Below, piece by piece: positions 13,603 to 24,896 of a DNA stretch of 64,000 nt. The stretch's first letter is position 1. Every line of letters starts with the position of its first letter. The stretch lies in contig CM106585.1 in assembly GCA_048013815.1 (NCBI GenBank), positions 12,028,001-12,092,000 of the forward strand, read 5' to 3'. The notes under the pieces are model-generated. The model did not search any database and was not told the origin of the DNA. It worked only from the letters and a program-made list of their open reading frames with translations. This stretch comes from Setoptus koraiensis (Eukaryota; Animalia; Arthropoda). The translations under genes and the position numbers were made by a program.

Positions 13603-14368
13603 GACTATCGATTACAAATGTCTCGCAATGATTAGCTCTTGACAATAGTTCCTCTTTTGGTAGCCGATTAATTAACAATACGTTTCAATTAGATATGAAT
13701 ATAAAGCCAAATAAGCTCGTTGTTGTAGTTGTTATTGCGATCTCGACAAGGACACACGATGACAAACGTGATTTTTCACAAGTGCAGCTCACATCGTGCA
13801 ATGTAGAAACATCTGTGTTTTTCCAGAATTATTTTTTTAAGCAGGACTGTCCTGCCACATAAACGCGCATCACGAGAAAGGGGCGTGAAAAGGACGGGCA
13901 AGAAGATTTGTCTATGTAAGCGGGTAATTATACCGGATAAAATCATTATTAGCAATCAGATTATCATCTCATAGAAAGTTTGAGGAACGGAGGAGCGGCT
14001 TGCGAGTTCTGACAAAATTATTTAGATTGAACACAATAACACCCACCATGGGTTGAAGTTTTTACCCCTTCGGAAATTTGTTGAGATACCCCAGTGGAGC
14101 TGATAAGGAGAAAACATTCACAGCAACCTTCGTTTAGCCAGCCGTATTCTCAAGTAAACAACAGGTTGCTGATCGGATTACGCTTATCTTTTTTCTCTTG
14201 TAAGTGCACAAACATGTCACACCTCTTACACTTTCTCGCTATCTAGACTTGAGTCAAATCAATGTTAGTTCAAACATGCTGCAAACTACGTCTATTTAAC
14301 TAGTAAGCTTCGGGTACCTGAATAAAAAAAAGGGTCAAACCAATCCGAACACTTCTCTCTATTGTACT

Positions 14369-16484
14369 ATGTCATCCATGTGGACACCGTTGTACTATGT
14401 GTCCTTCTGGGGTATAATAATCGCATGTGTCACAAAATCAGTCTTCCCAATTATCATGATGCTAACAACGTTCGTCAAACAAGCGAGATCCTTCTATACA
14501 TTCTTCAACAAGGTGGATATCTTCAACTAACGACCAGACATATTAACAAACAGAGACATTATTATACACTTGTACTTATTTATTTATCCATCTGTGTATT
14601 TTTTCACATTTTTATCAACAACAACAACAGGTCGACAAAACGTCTCCCACTCATGGAGGAGAGTTAGTAGCTAGAGTACTCAAATCCCACGGAGTTGATA
14701 ACATATTCACTCTACCAGGAGGACACGTGTCGCCAATAAATGTGGCTGCCGATAAGCTCGACATACGGGTGATAGACGTTCGTCATGAGGCAACTGCCGT
14801 TTTCGCGGCCGATGCCAGTGCCAGATTATCTGGTGTTCCCGGAGTGGCAGTAGTAACGGCCGGACCTGGACTCACTAATACAGTGACTGCTGTTAAGAAT
14901 GCCCAAATGGCTGAATCACCAGTAGTTATCATAGCGGGCGCAGCGGCAACTCTACTCAAGGGTCGTGGTTCACTTCAGGATATAGATCAAATGGCATTGT
15001 TGAAATCCACAACTAAAAAATGCTTCTCGGTCACCACTACACGAGATATAGTGCCAACATTAAGGGATGCTTTCATGATATCCCAGACTGGAGTTCCGGG
15101 CCCCGTGTTCGTTGAATTTCCCGTGGATGTTTTGTATCCATACTCGGTAATTGAAAAACAACTTATGGCAATGTCGCCCACAAAGAAGAAACTTGGGGCC
15201 AATACACCAGCGAAGAAGCCATCGCTTAAGTCGCGTTTGGTTGGTGCCTATCTTCAATTCTCATTAGACAATATATTTGCAGGGCTCGATCATAACTGGG
15301 ACACTTCGCCTCACCAGATAAATTTGAAATATCCACTAAAAAACCAAATCGATGAGACGATAGACCTTTTGCTCAAGGCCAAAAGACCACTTATTATATT
15401 GGGATCACAAGCAATATTGCGTCCATTTGGTCCGAAAATGGTCGCTGAATGTATTGAGAGGCTTGGAGTACCTGTTTATTTGAATGGATCTGCCCGTGGA
15501 TTGTTGGGCGTTTCGAGCAGTATACAATTCAGACATGCTCGGAGGGAGGCAGTCAGGGAGGCGGATGTCGTTCTTGTGTTGGGTGCCATTTGTGACTTTA
15601 GGCTGGGCTATGGTTCAATATTCAGCCGAGCAAGCAAGATTGTTTGTGTCAATAGATCGAAATCTCAAGCATCGCTGAATTCTGGAATAATGTGGAACCC
15701 TAGCCAGATTGTTGAATCTGATGTGGGTAAGTTTATAGTTGAATTAGCGGCAGCACTTGATAAAAAGTTGTCCACTGGTGATGCCAACACCAAATCAAAT
15801 GGGCTATTATCAAGACAGATTGATAAGGATTGGTTTGAGAAATTGAAGCGACGTGAACAAGATAAGAATGACTCGATTGATAAAATGTCACATGAGAGCA
15901 CCGATAAGTACTTAAACCCATTGAAATTAATTAAAAATCTAGACAATGTGTTTGGGGACGACGATAAAATACTAGTCGCAGATGGTGGCGATTTCGTCGC
16001 CAGTGCCTCCTACATTCTCAAACCAAATGGACCCTGCCGTTGGCTCGATCCAGGACCGTTCGGGACTTTAGGGTGTGGTGCAGGATTTGCCCTGGCTGCC
16101 AAGTTACTTCATCCAGACAGGAAAGTTGTCGCCGTAATGGGAGATGGAGCGTTCGGTTATGCCATTCCAGAATTGGATACTTTTGTCAGACACAAACTGC
16201 CTGTTTACATGCTCATTGGTAACGATGCCTGTTGGACTCAGATAGCAAGAGAACAACTTCCTGTCTTGGGGTCCATTGTTAGTTGTGAGTTGGACTATAC
16301 AAACTATCATGCGGTTGCCGACGGATTTGGCGCAAAAGGGTTTTGGGCGAACTCGGATGAGCATCTCGATGAGAAAAAAGTTCTTGCCGAGGCTCGCAAA
16401 TGTATGATAAACGATGAGAAAACTGTTGTTGTCAATGCTCTGATTGGTAAAACCAAGTTCAGAGATGGTAGTTTATCTGTATGA
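14369..16484 (+). CDS. ILVBL: Acetolactate synthase-like / 2-hydroxyacyl-CoA lyase 2 (TPP enzyme), exons 14369-14512 + 14631-16484
   Basis: N-terminal hydrophobic anchor, [30 protein letters not shown] motif GDGAFG...GNDACW, C-terminal FRDGSLSV. The exon 1 donor (GTGGAT) is weak, so the 5' exon is less certain. Confidence 0.88.
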
Positions 16485-17706
16485 ACTCGGAGTCTTTCTG
16501 ATCGATGTTGAAGGACGTATTCTCAACGTATTTCAACCAGGGAAACATCCGAGGAAATGATTCTGGTCTGCGATTCGTGCCTCATTCGTTCGGTTCGATC
16601 AACCAGAGCGACAACATGAGAGTATAAACTATTACGCACTACCGAGGGGCTGGTCACTACGCGCGGTGTCGGGCTGCAGGCGTGTCCAGCACGGTATGAG
16701 AGAGTTACCGCAGATTGTATAAAATGAAGGCGTAGAGTTTGCACTACGCAACACGCTCAAAACCTTGTTTATATCTGTTGTTAGTACAATGAAAAATAAA
16801 AACATGAAATGCAATGAAAACAAAGCAAACGTATACCAAATAATTTAAGTACAGTGTAGCTATTTTATTGTGTTGTAACTTGTATTTACAGATAAAAGAT
16901 CATCTAAACAATCACATGATTTCAACTCGGCGATCATCAGATCAATTTAAACTTTTACCTTTGCCACACAGTCACCAGGAGCCACATGACACGATTCAAT
17001 CGCCACTCACTAGAGATCGTTCTATACTAAACACTTATTACACCTCACTCGCCCACCAAACAAATTCTATGGATTTGTTTATCTCTGGCAAACTTGCCAA
17101 ATTGGACAGCTAATATAACCGCAATACGACCGCAATAAGGACACATTGTATCCCGAGTATCGTGAAGTATACGACCAGAACATTCTCAATTGCTTTGTTG
17201 ATCTTACAGTTATTATTCAACGTTATTCATTTATCCAGCCAGTCTCTTAAACGTTGCCATAGCTGACCCCGTCTAAATATGGTGAGTGGTGTAGTAGCTG
17301 CTCTTTAATCAAGTGTAACACTAATAAGTTGATGGGCATTTGTTTTATGCCCGCATGATGATCAGATGATCAGATAGTTTAGCATCACACGACCATGCTC
17401 TCCAAGAGTATAAATAGCATTCCTTAATGAATGACTAACAAGACTAAGAGATCAACGATATTGAGATAATACTACTCTCTGTGTGAGATTTCAAAAGCGA
17501 ACCACGTCTCACAATCTCACTATACCTTCTAGAGTGCTGCAATGGCAAATGAGTTGAACCCGTAGAAATCTTATCTTTTCAGATATCACAGCAAAATTAT
17601 GAAAAGCTCAAGAGTAATTATAATAGCGAAGCATTTTATAGTATAGTCCAAACTACTAGATATCAAAGAAAAGTCACCCATACAAACATACACAATTAGT
17701 AACGAC

Positions 17707-19418
17707 ATGGACAATCTTGACTCAAACCCATTTTACAAGGCTCTTGTGTCAAGATTCAAGAAACAATTGAACCTCGCCAGCAAAAAATGCTACATTATTG
17801 CAATACCCGAATCTGGATCTTTACAAGATGTTACAATAGATGAATTTGTAATTAATTCACATATACTCATGCCATCCAAACTGTTGAGGGCGTAAGTTTC
17901 TTTTCTATTAATGCACTAAAAATCTCTCATCAGTTGTAAGACATCGTTACTCATCGATTAATTGATCCTTTCATTCGCTCGTTACACCTCATCATCAGCC
18001 ATTTTGTACCCATTCAAGGTGGAGCTACAGACGACATAGAGATAGACCACACGAAACTCATTGTACAGTCCAAAAATGAATCATCTGCAGTGAGAATCTT
18101 ACGAGAGGAGATTGGTGTCAATAGTGAAAATAAGCATTATAGGATCCTACTCATAGATAAACCCTTAATACCAATCCTTGCCAAGAAAACATCCAGCCTC
18201 TCCCGTAAAAATGTTGAGTTTGAGAGCCAACCCCGACTCAGTAATCATGATGAGTAAGTGATACACTATATTTCAATCCGTCTTGTATACTTTCAAAATG
18301 ACAATAACACGAACTTTGAATCTATTTGATACTATCTACTATTTCATAGATGTCGCCAGTTTCTAGAAAAGATATCACATTCAATCACTGGCAACTTAGA
18401 ACAATCTGTTAGGAAACTACAATCTACATATCTGATATTACCTAAATATCTCGCTGAAGCATCTAATAGGATCAAGGAGCTAGTCAACCACTTCGTTGAT
18501 TTGTACACCGTCCAGGCGATGAAATCAAAAATTGCCACTCATAATCGACCCATTGAAGAACTCATTCTATTGGCAGTCGAAACCTATCTAGTGCATCTTA
18601 TGCATGGCAAACTAATTGCTGCCATCTATCAGAATTATTCTCTTGATGATCGACGAGTATCATTGAATTGTGCTGAAATTCTACGGTCCAAAGTATCCGT
18701 TATAGATCTCGGCGCACAAAAGGCTTTCAGAGATTTCGACAAAACAAGGGCGATTTTATCTCAACTTAAGCAAATCAGCTATTTACAAAGTCCTCTTTCA
18801 ATCGTCTCGAGTTTGATGCAGTCAGTCAATATGATTAGCGATCAACTAAATAATTGCGTTAGTCTTGTAAATTTAATGAACGAGAAAAATGGTGACAAAA
18901 TCTGTATTTGTTCTGACGATCTCATCGCCTCTCTGGTATACTCCGTTGCTGAGGCACAACCGGTGAACTTTTTCAGTAGCCTGAAATATGTTGAATTATT
19001 TGGCTGGAGCTCTTGCAGTAGGGACCAGTCAGCTTATTGTTTAGCAACATTCCAGATTGTGGCCAATTATATTTTTGGTTATGCACCACCTTTATCTAGA
19101 AATACCTCAAATCTTTGCGCGAATGTACTCAATACGCCGTTTGTGAAGAGTTTAAAAGAATGGAAGATTGATCCACATGCATTTTCTGCACCACCAAAAT
19201 ACGATTCAACTAGAATATTCAATGATATATACGAAAACATCTCAAATGAATCTGCCTTGGAGCCTAAACAGACGCCAAGAAAGCCTAGGGCCTCAAAGAA
19301 TGTGCATCTCATGTCGCCATTCGAACGCGAGCTCGAGAAGATTACAAGTATAGTGGAAACTAACTCATCTTCAACAAATAGAAAAGATTGCCTCAAACAA
19401 GACGAAGATTTGGGGTAA
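17707..19418 (+). CDS. VPS9-domain Rab GEF, ANKRD27/VARP-like N-terminal half, exons 17707-17891 + 17999-18253 + 18350-19418
   Basis: LDSNPFYKAL..IIAIPESGSL and VRILREE..YRILLIDKPL resemble the VARP N-terminus; VPS9 core ICSDDLIASLVYSV..YCLATFQIVANYI; two phase-2 introns restore frame. A possible extra donor at 19415 would add only a few residues. Confidence 0.72.
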
Positions 19419-19658
19419 GTTGAATTGTTTCCATTCGACCAACAGGTATCCTAACACAGATTTCTTTACTGACACATGATCCGTTTTCTTAATTTAAAAT
19501 ATCATTTATTTAGGGAACTATTGTCCAACATAGGCCATCAATCTTACTTTGTTAGCTATGGAAAGCAAAAATGAACAAATTCAGCCATAACAAATTTTTA
19601 GTCAGACATCATCCGATATAAAATAAAAGATCATTCAACCATGTCTATGTCTGCTGAT

Positions 19659-21329
19659 TCATTTGCCACCGTTTAGTATGATATAAGGAGTTTGTAACTC
19701 TTTTTGCTTCGCTTGCATCATAGCCACAGATCCTAACGGGGTGTCAATAGAGCTCATTTGCTTCATCTTGCTTTCTTGCTCCAACTTTTTCAATCTCTTG
19801 TCTATCTTATTCTTGCCAGGTCCTTTGCCATGAAACTTGTGAGATAGATAACGGAAAGCTTCTCTCTGATCAAGGACTCGGCCAGAGTCATCGGTATACT
19901 CTAACTTTATATCAGGGTTGTAATCGGACTTGTCTTTCACCTCTTGAAACTGACCCCCGTATCTATCCCTGCTATTTCTATTACCTTTCCTATCATCATC
20001 GTAGAATTTTTCCTCTATAGTGTAAGACTGAGCTTCTATAGTAGTTCGTTTGCTGGGCTTAGCTCCGGTCAACTTTTTGGGTTCTTTTTCAAGATAGCCC
20101 TTTTTTGCAGCCAGTTTGAGACAACTGGCAACACTCCTACCTACATCCGGTTCTTCTTCGAGGATTGGTTGAACTTCATGTTCTTTCTTGATTTCAATCT
20201 TACTATTCATAATTGTTGGTAAGCTCTTGGATTCTTCTTCCATGTTCACTTCGTTCCAGGTACCTATTTTCGGTCCCTCTTGACTAACATTTTGATTACT
20301 ATCTGCACTATGAACATCCATAGATTCTTCATGCAGTTCGGATATAGTTGGCGGGGATGGAGGTATGTTGTCATTTTTCTCTCGAGAGGTTGAGGGGATT
20401 TCAATGGGAGTAAAACTACTAAATTCCACACTAGCATCAAAAACAATACCACTTTTCATATAGTTTGTATTTGCAACAAACCCATAGTCAGAAGATTGGT
20501 CGTGAATGCTGGAATCTGGCTCTTGTTTTACTGATGGTTTTTGACTATTTAGTTTAAGGAGACGAACCTTTTCCAGCTCTTTCCTCATCTGTTTCTCCAT
20601 CATGTCTTCATAGTCGACGTAGTCAACCTTTTCTGAATCTTCATCTACAAGTTCACCGTCTTCTATTTCATCACTACTTTTTCGAGCTTGTCTCGTATTT
20701 CCAAGATCATCATCGATTACTGGTTCGCGTATCTTAGTCTTTTTCTTCTTTTTGTGCTTTTTGATTTTGGGCATTTCCGACTCGTCCAAATAGTCGGAGG
20801 CGATTTTCAACTCAGATGGGTCGAGAATAAAATCATCGACACTATAAAAGGTTGTTTTCTCTCTACGTTCCAAGTCTGCAAGCCTGGGCTTCTTGGCCTC
20901 GGGTTGTTCATGAGAACCTGAATAATCAGAATCAGCACCGAGCCTGAAAGTCTTCCTCTTACTATCGTTATATGCGTCCTGATCAATGGCCTCGTCGTAC
21001 TTTGAGAGAATATCTTTGGTGATCAGTGCGCCTGTTGAATCATATTCTAGCTCATCGTAGGGGTTGTAATCGTCTTTTTTCAGTCTTTTGAAGACATTTT
21101 GGGATGCTTTTTCTTCGTCAACAAGATTAACATTCTCTAGAACGTCTTCACCCTCATCAAGAACTCCTTTATCTTGGAGCGTTAGAATAACTTGTTCACC
21201 CTCTTTGAATGAGTCCAATCCATGAGCAACAGATAGGCCTTCTAGATCTTTCGTTGTATATTGGCCGTGTTTTCGTTTGTTAGCCGAGTTGGTTGAAGGG
21301 CCGGCCCTGGCACTATCACGGCGGCTCAT
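19659..21329 (-). CDS. SART1: U4/U6.U5 tri-snRNP-associated protein 1 (Snu66/SART1), intronless ORF
   Basis: YTTKDLEGLSVAHGLDSFKEGEQVILTLQDKGVL, YNPDIKLEYTDDSGRVLDQREAFRYLSHKFHGKGPGKNK and DTPLGSV..TPYIIL are SART1 signatures. Confidence 0.92.
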   Translation of the reverse strand: MSRRDSARAGPSTNSANKRKHGQYTTKDLEGLSVAHGLDSFKEGEQVILTLQDKGVLDEGEDVLENVNLVDEEKASQNVFKRLKKDDYNPYDELEYDSTGALITKDILSKYDEAIDQDAYNDSKRKTFRLGADSDYSGSHEQPEAKKPRLADLERREKTTFYSVDDFILDPSELKIASDYLDESEMPKIKKHKKKKKTKIREPVIDDDLGNTRQARKSSDEIEDGELVDEDSEKVDYVDYEDMMEKQMRKELEKVRLLKLNSQKPSVKQEPDSSIHDQSSDYGFVANTNYMKSGIVFDASVEFSSFTPIEIPSTSREKNDNIPPSPPTISELHEESMDVHSADSNQNVSQEGPKIGTWNEVNMEEESKSLPTIMNSKIEIKKEHEVQPILEEEPDVGRSVASCLKLAAKKGYLEKEPKKLTGAKPSKRTTIEAQSYTIEEKFYDDDRKGNRNSRDRYGGQFQEVKDKSDYNPDIKLEYTDDSGRVLDQREAFRYLSHKFHGKGPGKNKIDKRLKKLEQESKMKQMSSIDTPLGSVAMMQAKQKELQTPYIILNGGK

Positions 21330-22463
21330 GGCTGCTTGTTCGGGCGCTGTTTGATATCAAGGTTGGCCGATATTACGGATTGGTATAGTTTATTCGTGTT
21401 GATTTGTGTGTGATATTTGTGATAGAGGAAGAGGGAGCACAACAAAACGGACTGTATAATAATTTGGAAGTTCTCATGTAGGCTTTGCGTTTGTGCCGAT
21501 ATTTATTTGTGGCGATATTTACCTGAACCGCATCTATGGGCTGTCTGGCGATTACTTTTGCCTTTTGAACACAATCACTAATTATCCAATTATAGTTTCC
21601 ATCGTAAAAGTCACATGTAACAGTTTGATTTCAGTCCTCATAGCTTATGGATTGCTTTTAAATATCACGCAATTACATCGACAGTCAGCTGTTTGGGTTT
21701 TTATTCACTAGATTCGGGCTGTGCGTTCTTGACATCAACTTGGTGCGCTGCGCCAGGGGTCGCTTGTCTTGGTCGCATGCACTGTGTATCGCGCAAATCT
21801 CGCATTGATCTCATTAGGATACGCCATACGCTCGTGTTTTATTGAAAATTCGTTTCGAAACTGGCGCCATGGATGCGCCATTTTGTTTTTGCGAACAGCA
21901 TCCTTTTGCTGCTGTCCTTTTTCCCTGTAACGACAACGGGAAACTTGGCGCATCAATGTATCGTACACAGTGCCTGTCAGCCATCGCCACTTCTTGGCAT
22001 ACTTATCTCTCTCTCTCTCTCTCCATTTTATACATGGAATGGTTATCTTTGATGCTGAAACTAGTATATCACAACTAGATATATCATCACTATTATCTAA
22101 CAACCACCACCAACGACCAAGTATTCATCGCTTACACAACCAACCAATCTAAATTATCTACAGAACAACAACAACACCATTTGGCCAGACAGACCACCGA
22201 CAATTTAATCTCGCTATCATACAATCTGTTGGATTGCGTCCCATTGGTTCACTTTAACACTCGAGATTAGCGATTTTCGTAGTTATTCTCTAGTAATAAT
22301 AATAGAATTAAATAAATTAAAATCAATTAATTGAATTTAGTGAGATCACGAGATTGACAAATTCAACTACAACAACAATATAACCACGAGACCCCATACA
22401 AGTGACGCTAAGCAGCACAATTTTTTTTTTATCACTACTGTTATTATTTTAGCCTAAATCATC

Positions 22464-23006
22464 ATGAGTCAATACTATCAACAAGCTGTAGAGAAATTGG
22501 ATAAGTTCCTACACGAGAACAACAAAATTGCTCCTCTGTTCGAGAAAGCAGAAAAGTCGACTAAAGTTAAAAGAATCTATCTAGCGCAAGCACTACTTGG
22601 AATAACAGCCATCTACATGATTATAGGACATTTCGCCCAGTTTATTTGTAACCTAATTGGTTTCTTGTGGCCAGCATGGAAATCGCTGCACGCCTTGGAA
22701 AGCTCAAGCAAAGAGGACGACACAAAATGGCTCACCTACTGGGTTGTTTTTGCCGCCTTCTCAGTAGTTGAATTCTTTTCCGACTTTTTGTTTAACTGGT
22801 TCCCATTCTATTGGCTGGCCAAGGTCATATTCTTGATCTGGTGCTACATCGATATACCTTACAATGGATCAATGGTTATCTACAACCGAGTATTGAGGCC
22901 AATATTCTTGCAACGCCGTGACCAAGTCAACAGTGCCATATCGGGACTAGCATCAACTGCTAGTAAGGCGGCAGCCGCTGCCGCGTCAGCAGCTAAAAAA
23001 GAGTAG
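22464..23006 (+). CDS. REEP5: Receptor expression-enhancing protein 5 / DP1 / Yop1 (ER-shaping), intronless
   Basis: NLIGFLWPAWKSLHALES..EDDTKWLTYWVVFAAFSVVEFFSD..WFPFYWLAK is the TB2/DP1/HVA22 domain. Confidence 0.9.
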   Translation: MSQYYQQAVEKLDKFLHENNKIAPLFEKAEKSTKVKRIYLAQALLGITAIYMIIGHFAQFICNLIGFLWPAWKSLHALESSSKEDDTKWLTYWVVFAAFSVVEFFSDFLFNWFPFYWLAKVIFLIWCYIDIPYNGSMVIYNRVLRPIFLQRRDQVNSAISGLASTASKAAAAAASAAKKE

Positions 23007-23389
23007 ATTATAGGAATCATCATCTATATAAAACACACAAAATGTATATGATGCGCTGTCACTTGCAAGTTGCAACAACAAAAAGGAAAGATATTCAGTT
23101 TAGCCGACATGTTTAAACCTGGGACTATCCTCATTAACAGATCAAATTCTTGTGATCACTATTACAGATCAATACGAGCTGATATAAATAAATGTATTTG
23201 TTTTATCCTGTCATGGACCTCTAATGTCACTAACCTACCATCACTACTTGAACCAAATAACAGCATGCTCATCATAGTGCAATACATGCAGTACATTGCT
23301 TCCATTCTTCTCTTCAGCACCAACTCGACATTTATCTATGTTTTTCATTTGGATAATCACTGTCCTAAACCGAGAATTATTGTCGCTAC

Positions 23390-24523
23390 TCAACAAATAC
23401 TATTATTATGTAGATGATTCTTACATAACAGAGCTCGCTTGACAATAGACTCAACATTTACATACTTGTCCTTTTCACTCAAGCTTGATGTGTCTGTGAG
23501 AATTACTCCGGCATTTAGCATTTCAGCTTTGCTACGCTCTATACTAACGTCATCTATGCCTCTGCAAGCGTCCTGTATTACATAAGTCACAAATCCATAA
23601 TGGGCTGCGTCTATGGCACTAGCCGAAACACAGTAATCAATTGCCAGGCCACAAATATACACATCTGTAATGTGTCTCGATAAAAGATCTCTTGCGAGTT
23701 CAGTTTCGTTGAGACGTTGATTGTCCCAAAATACACTGTAAGCGTCAACCTCTGGCAGAGTTCCCTTGTATATATTGATACAATTGTCCACTTTAATCAA
23801 ATCCTTATCTAACTGGGAGCCCCAACTGTTCTGAACGCAATGCCTAGGCCACAAAATTTGCTTGATGTTTCCATTATTGAAGTAGACCGTGTCAAACACG
23901 CTAATGTCTTTGTGTTTATCAGCGTTTTTATGATTTTTATCACGTTGATCATGTGATGGATCTTCAGACGATGAGGAGCCATTGTTGCTGCTAAGTTGCT
24001 CTTTAGTCTTGGAATAATTACGCAAATGTAGATTCTCATAGAATCCAATATGATCAACAGGATGCCAATCGTGAGTGTAAACAACTAGACTGAATTTATT
24101 CTGTGACAGTATACCATTGATGATGGGCACTACCTCTTTGCCGTCTTGTTGAGCTGGGCCATTCTTAAGGGCCAGAGATCCGCTAATGAAATCATTTTGA
24201 ACGTCCACTATAATAAATGCGCTAATTGGCGTGAAAACACTACGCAACCAATGACTGCACATGGCACGAAATTCTTTGAGATCTAAGATTTGATCGTTGT
24301 TTGTGTCAAACAATTGAAACAGTTTTAACAATTGACTCTCACTGAACTTTTGTCCATTATTTGGGGGCAAAAGATTCTCAGTTAGATGTTTGAATGTGGA
24401 AATGTTGATCCCTTGGAGGTTATTCTGTTTCGTCGCCAAACAATTGAACCAATTCAGTTGTGTGTCGGCCGATAGCCAGTCGCTAGATTTTAAATCAACG
24501 TATTGGATAGATTTCGCGACCAT
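23390..24523 (-). CDS. Naam: Nicotinamidase (isochorismatase family) with N-terminal EF-hand, intronless
   Basis: EF-hand FDTNNDQILDLKEF; IIVDVQNDFISGSL, THDWHP, LWPRHCVQNSWG, YSVFWDN, GLAIDYCV. Confidence 0.88.
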   Translation of the reverse strand: MVAKSIQYVDLKSSDWLSADTQLNWFNCLATKQNNLQGINISTFKHLTENLLPPNNGQKFSESQLLKLFQLFDTNNDQILDLKEFRAMCSHWLRSVFTPISAFIIVDVQNDFISGSLALKNGPAQQDGKEVVPIINGILSQNKFSLVVYTHDWHPVDHIGFYENLHLRNYSKTKEQLSSNNGSSSSEDPSHDQRDKNHKNADKHKDISVFDTVYFNNGNIKQILWPRHCVQNSWGSQLDKDLIKVDNCINIYKGTLPEVDAYSVFWDNQRLNETELARDLLSRHITDVYICGLAIDYCVSASAIDAAHYGFVTYVIQDACRGIDDVSIERSKAEMLNAGVILTDTSSLSEKDKYVNVESIVKRALLCKNHLHNNSIC

Positions 24524-24888
24524 ACTGGTTGATTGTGTGCAGTTATTATTAGAGCAGTGTTAGGTTGAAAATTATAGAAATTGGTCTAATCTGTTGTTAC
24601 TGATACTTTCGACTACTGAGATCGAACGAACGTTGAGCATTGTTGCCCTGGGCGACTTTGTGTCGAGCTATTGAAATATGATAAGTTAAACTTTTATGGC
24701 GACGGCAGATGATTTTGTTGTTTTTCTGACTCTCCTAATTTACTTTTTTTTCGCTGCACGGATAGTCTATAGTTAGTCGTCATAATAAATTACTGATGAT
24801 AATGTCGTCATGTAATGTCGTTGTCTATTACGTCAACAATTCACTAGTGAGTGGTTTGGAAGTGTCCAGTTCGATGAGCGTTGATTAC

Positions 24889-24896
24889 TATCGATA
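24889..24896. promoter_or_regulatory. DRE-like palindrome TATCGATA upstream of the nicotinamidase gene
   Basis: Exact 8-bp DREF-type site about 370 bp upstream of a housekeeping start codon; a single 8-mer could be chance. Confidence 0.25.

Noticed and set aside
14727-16484. Possible horizontally acquired bacterial acetolactate synthase
   Set aside because: Has the animal ILVBL membrane-anchor exon, an intron and ILVBL-type motifs; vertical inheritance suffices.
16500-16760. GC-richer island as snRNA/U3/SRP/tRNA candidate (contains GGTTCGATC)
   Set aside because: No complete consensus boxes or cloverleaf could be built.
21735-22103. 122-aa minus ORF as the missing SART1 N-terminus
   Set aside because: No HIND or SART1 similarity, crosses a GA microsatellite, and no compatible splice path was found.
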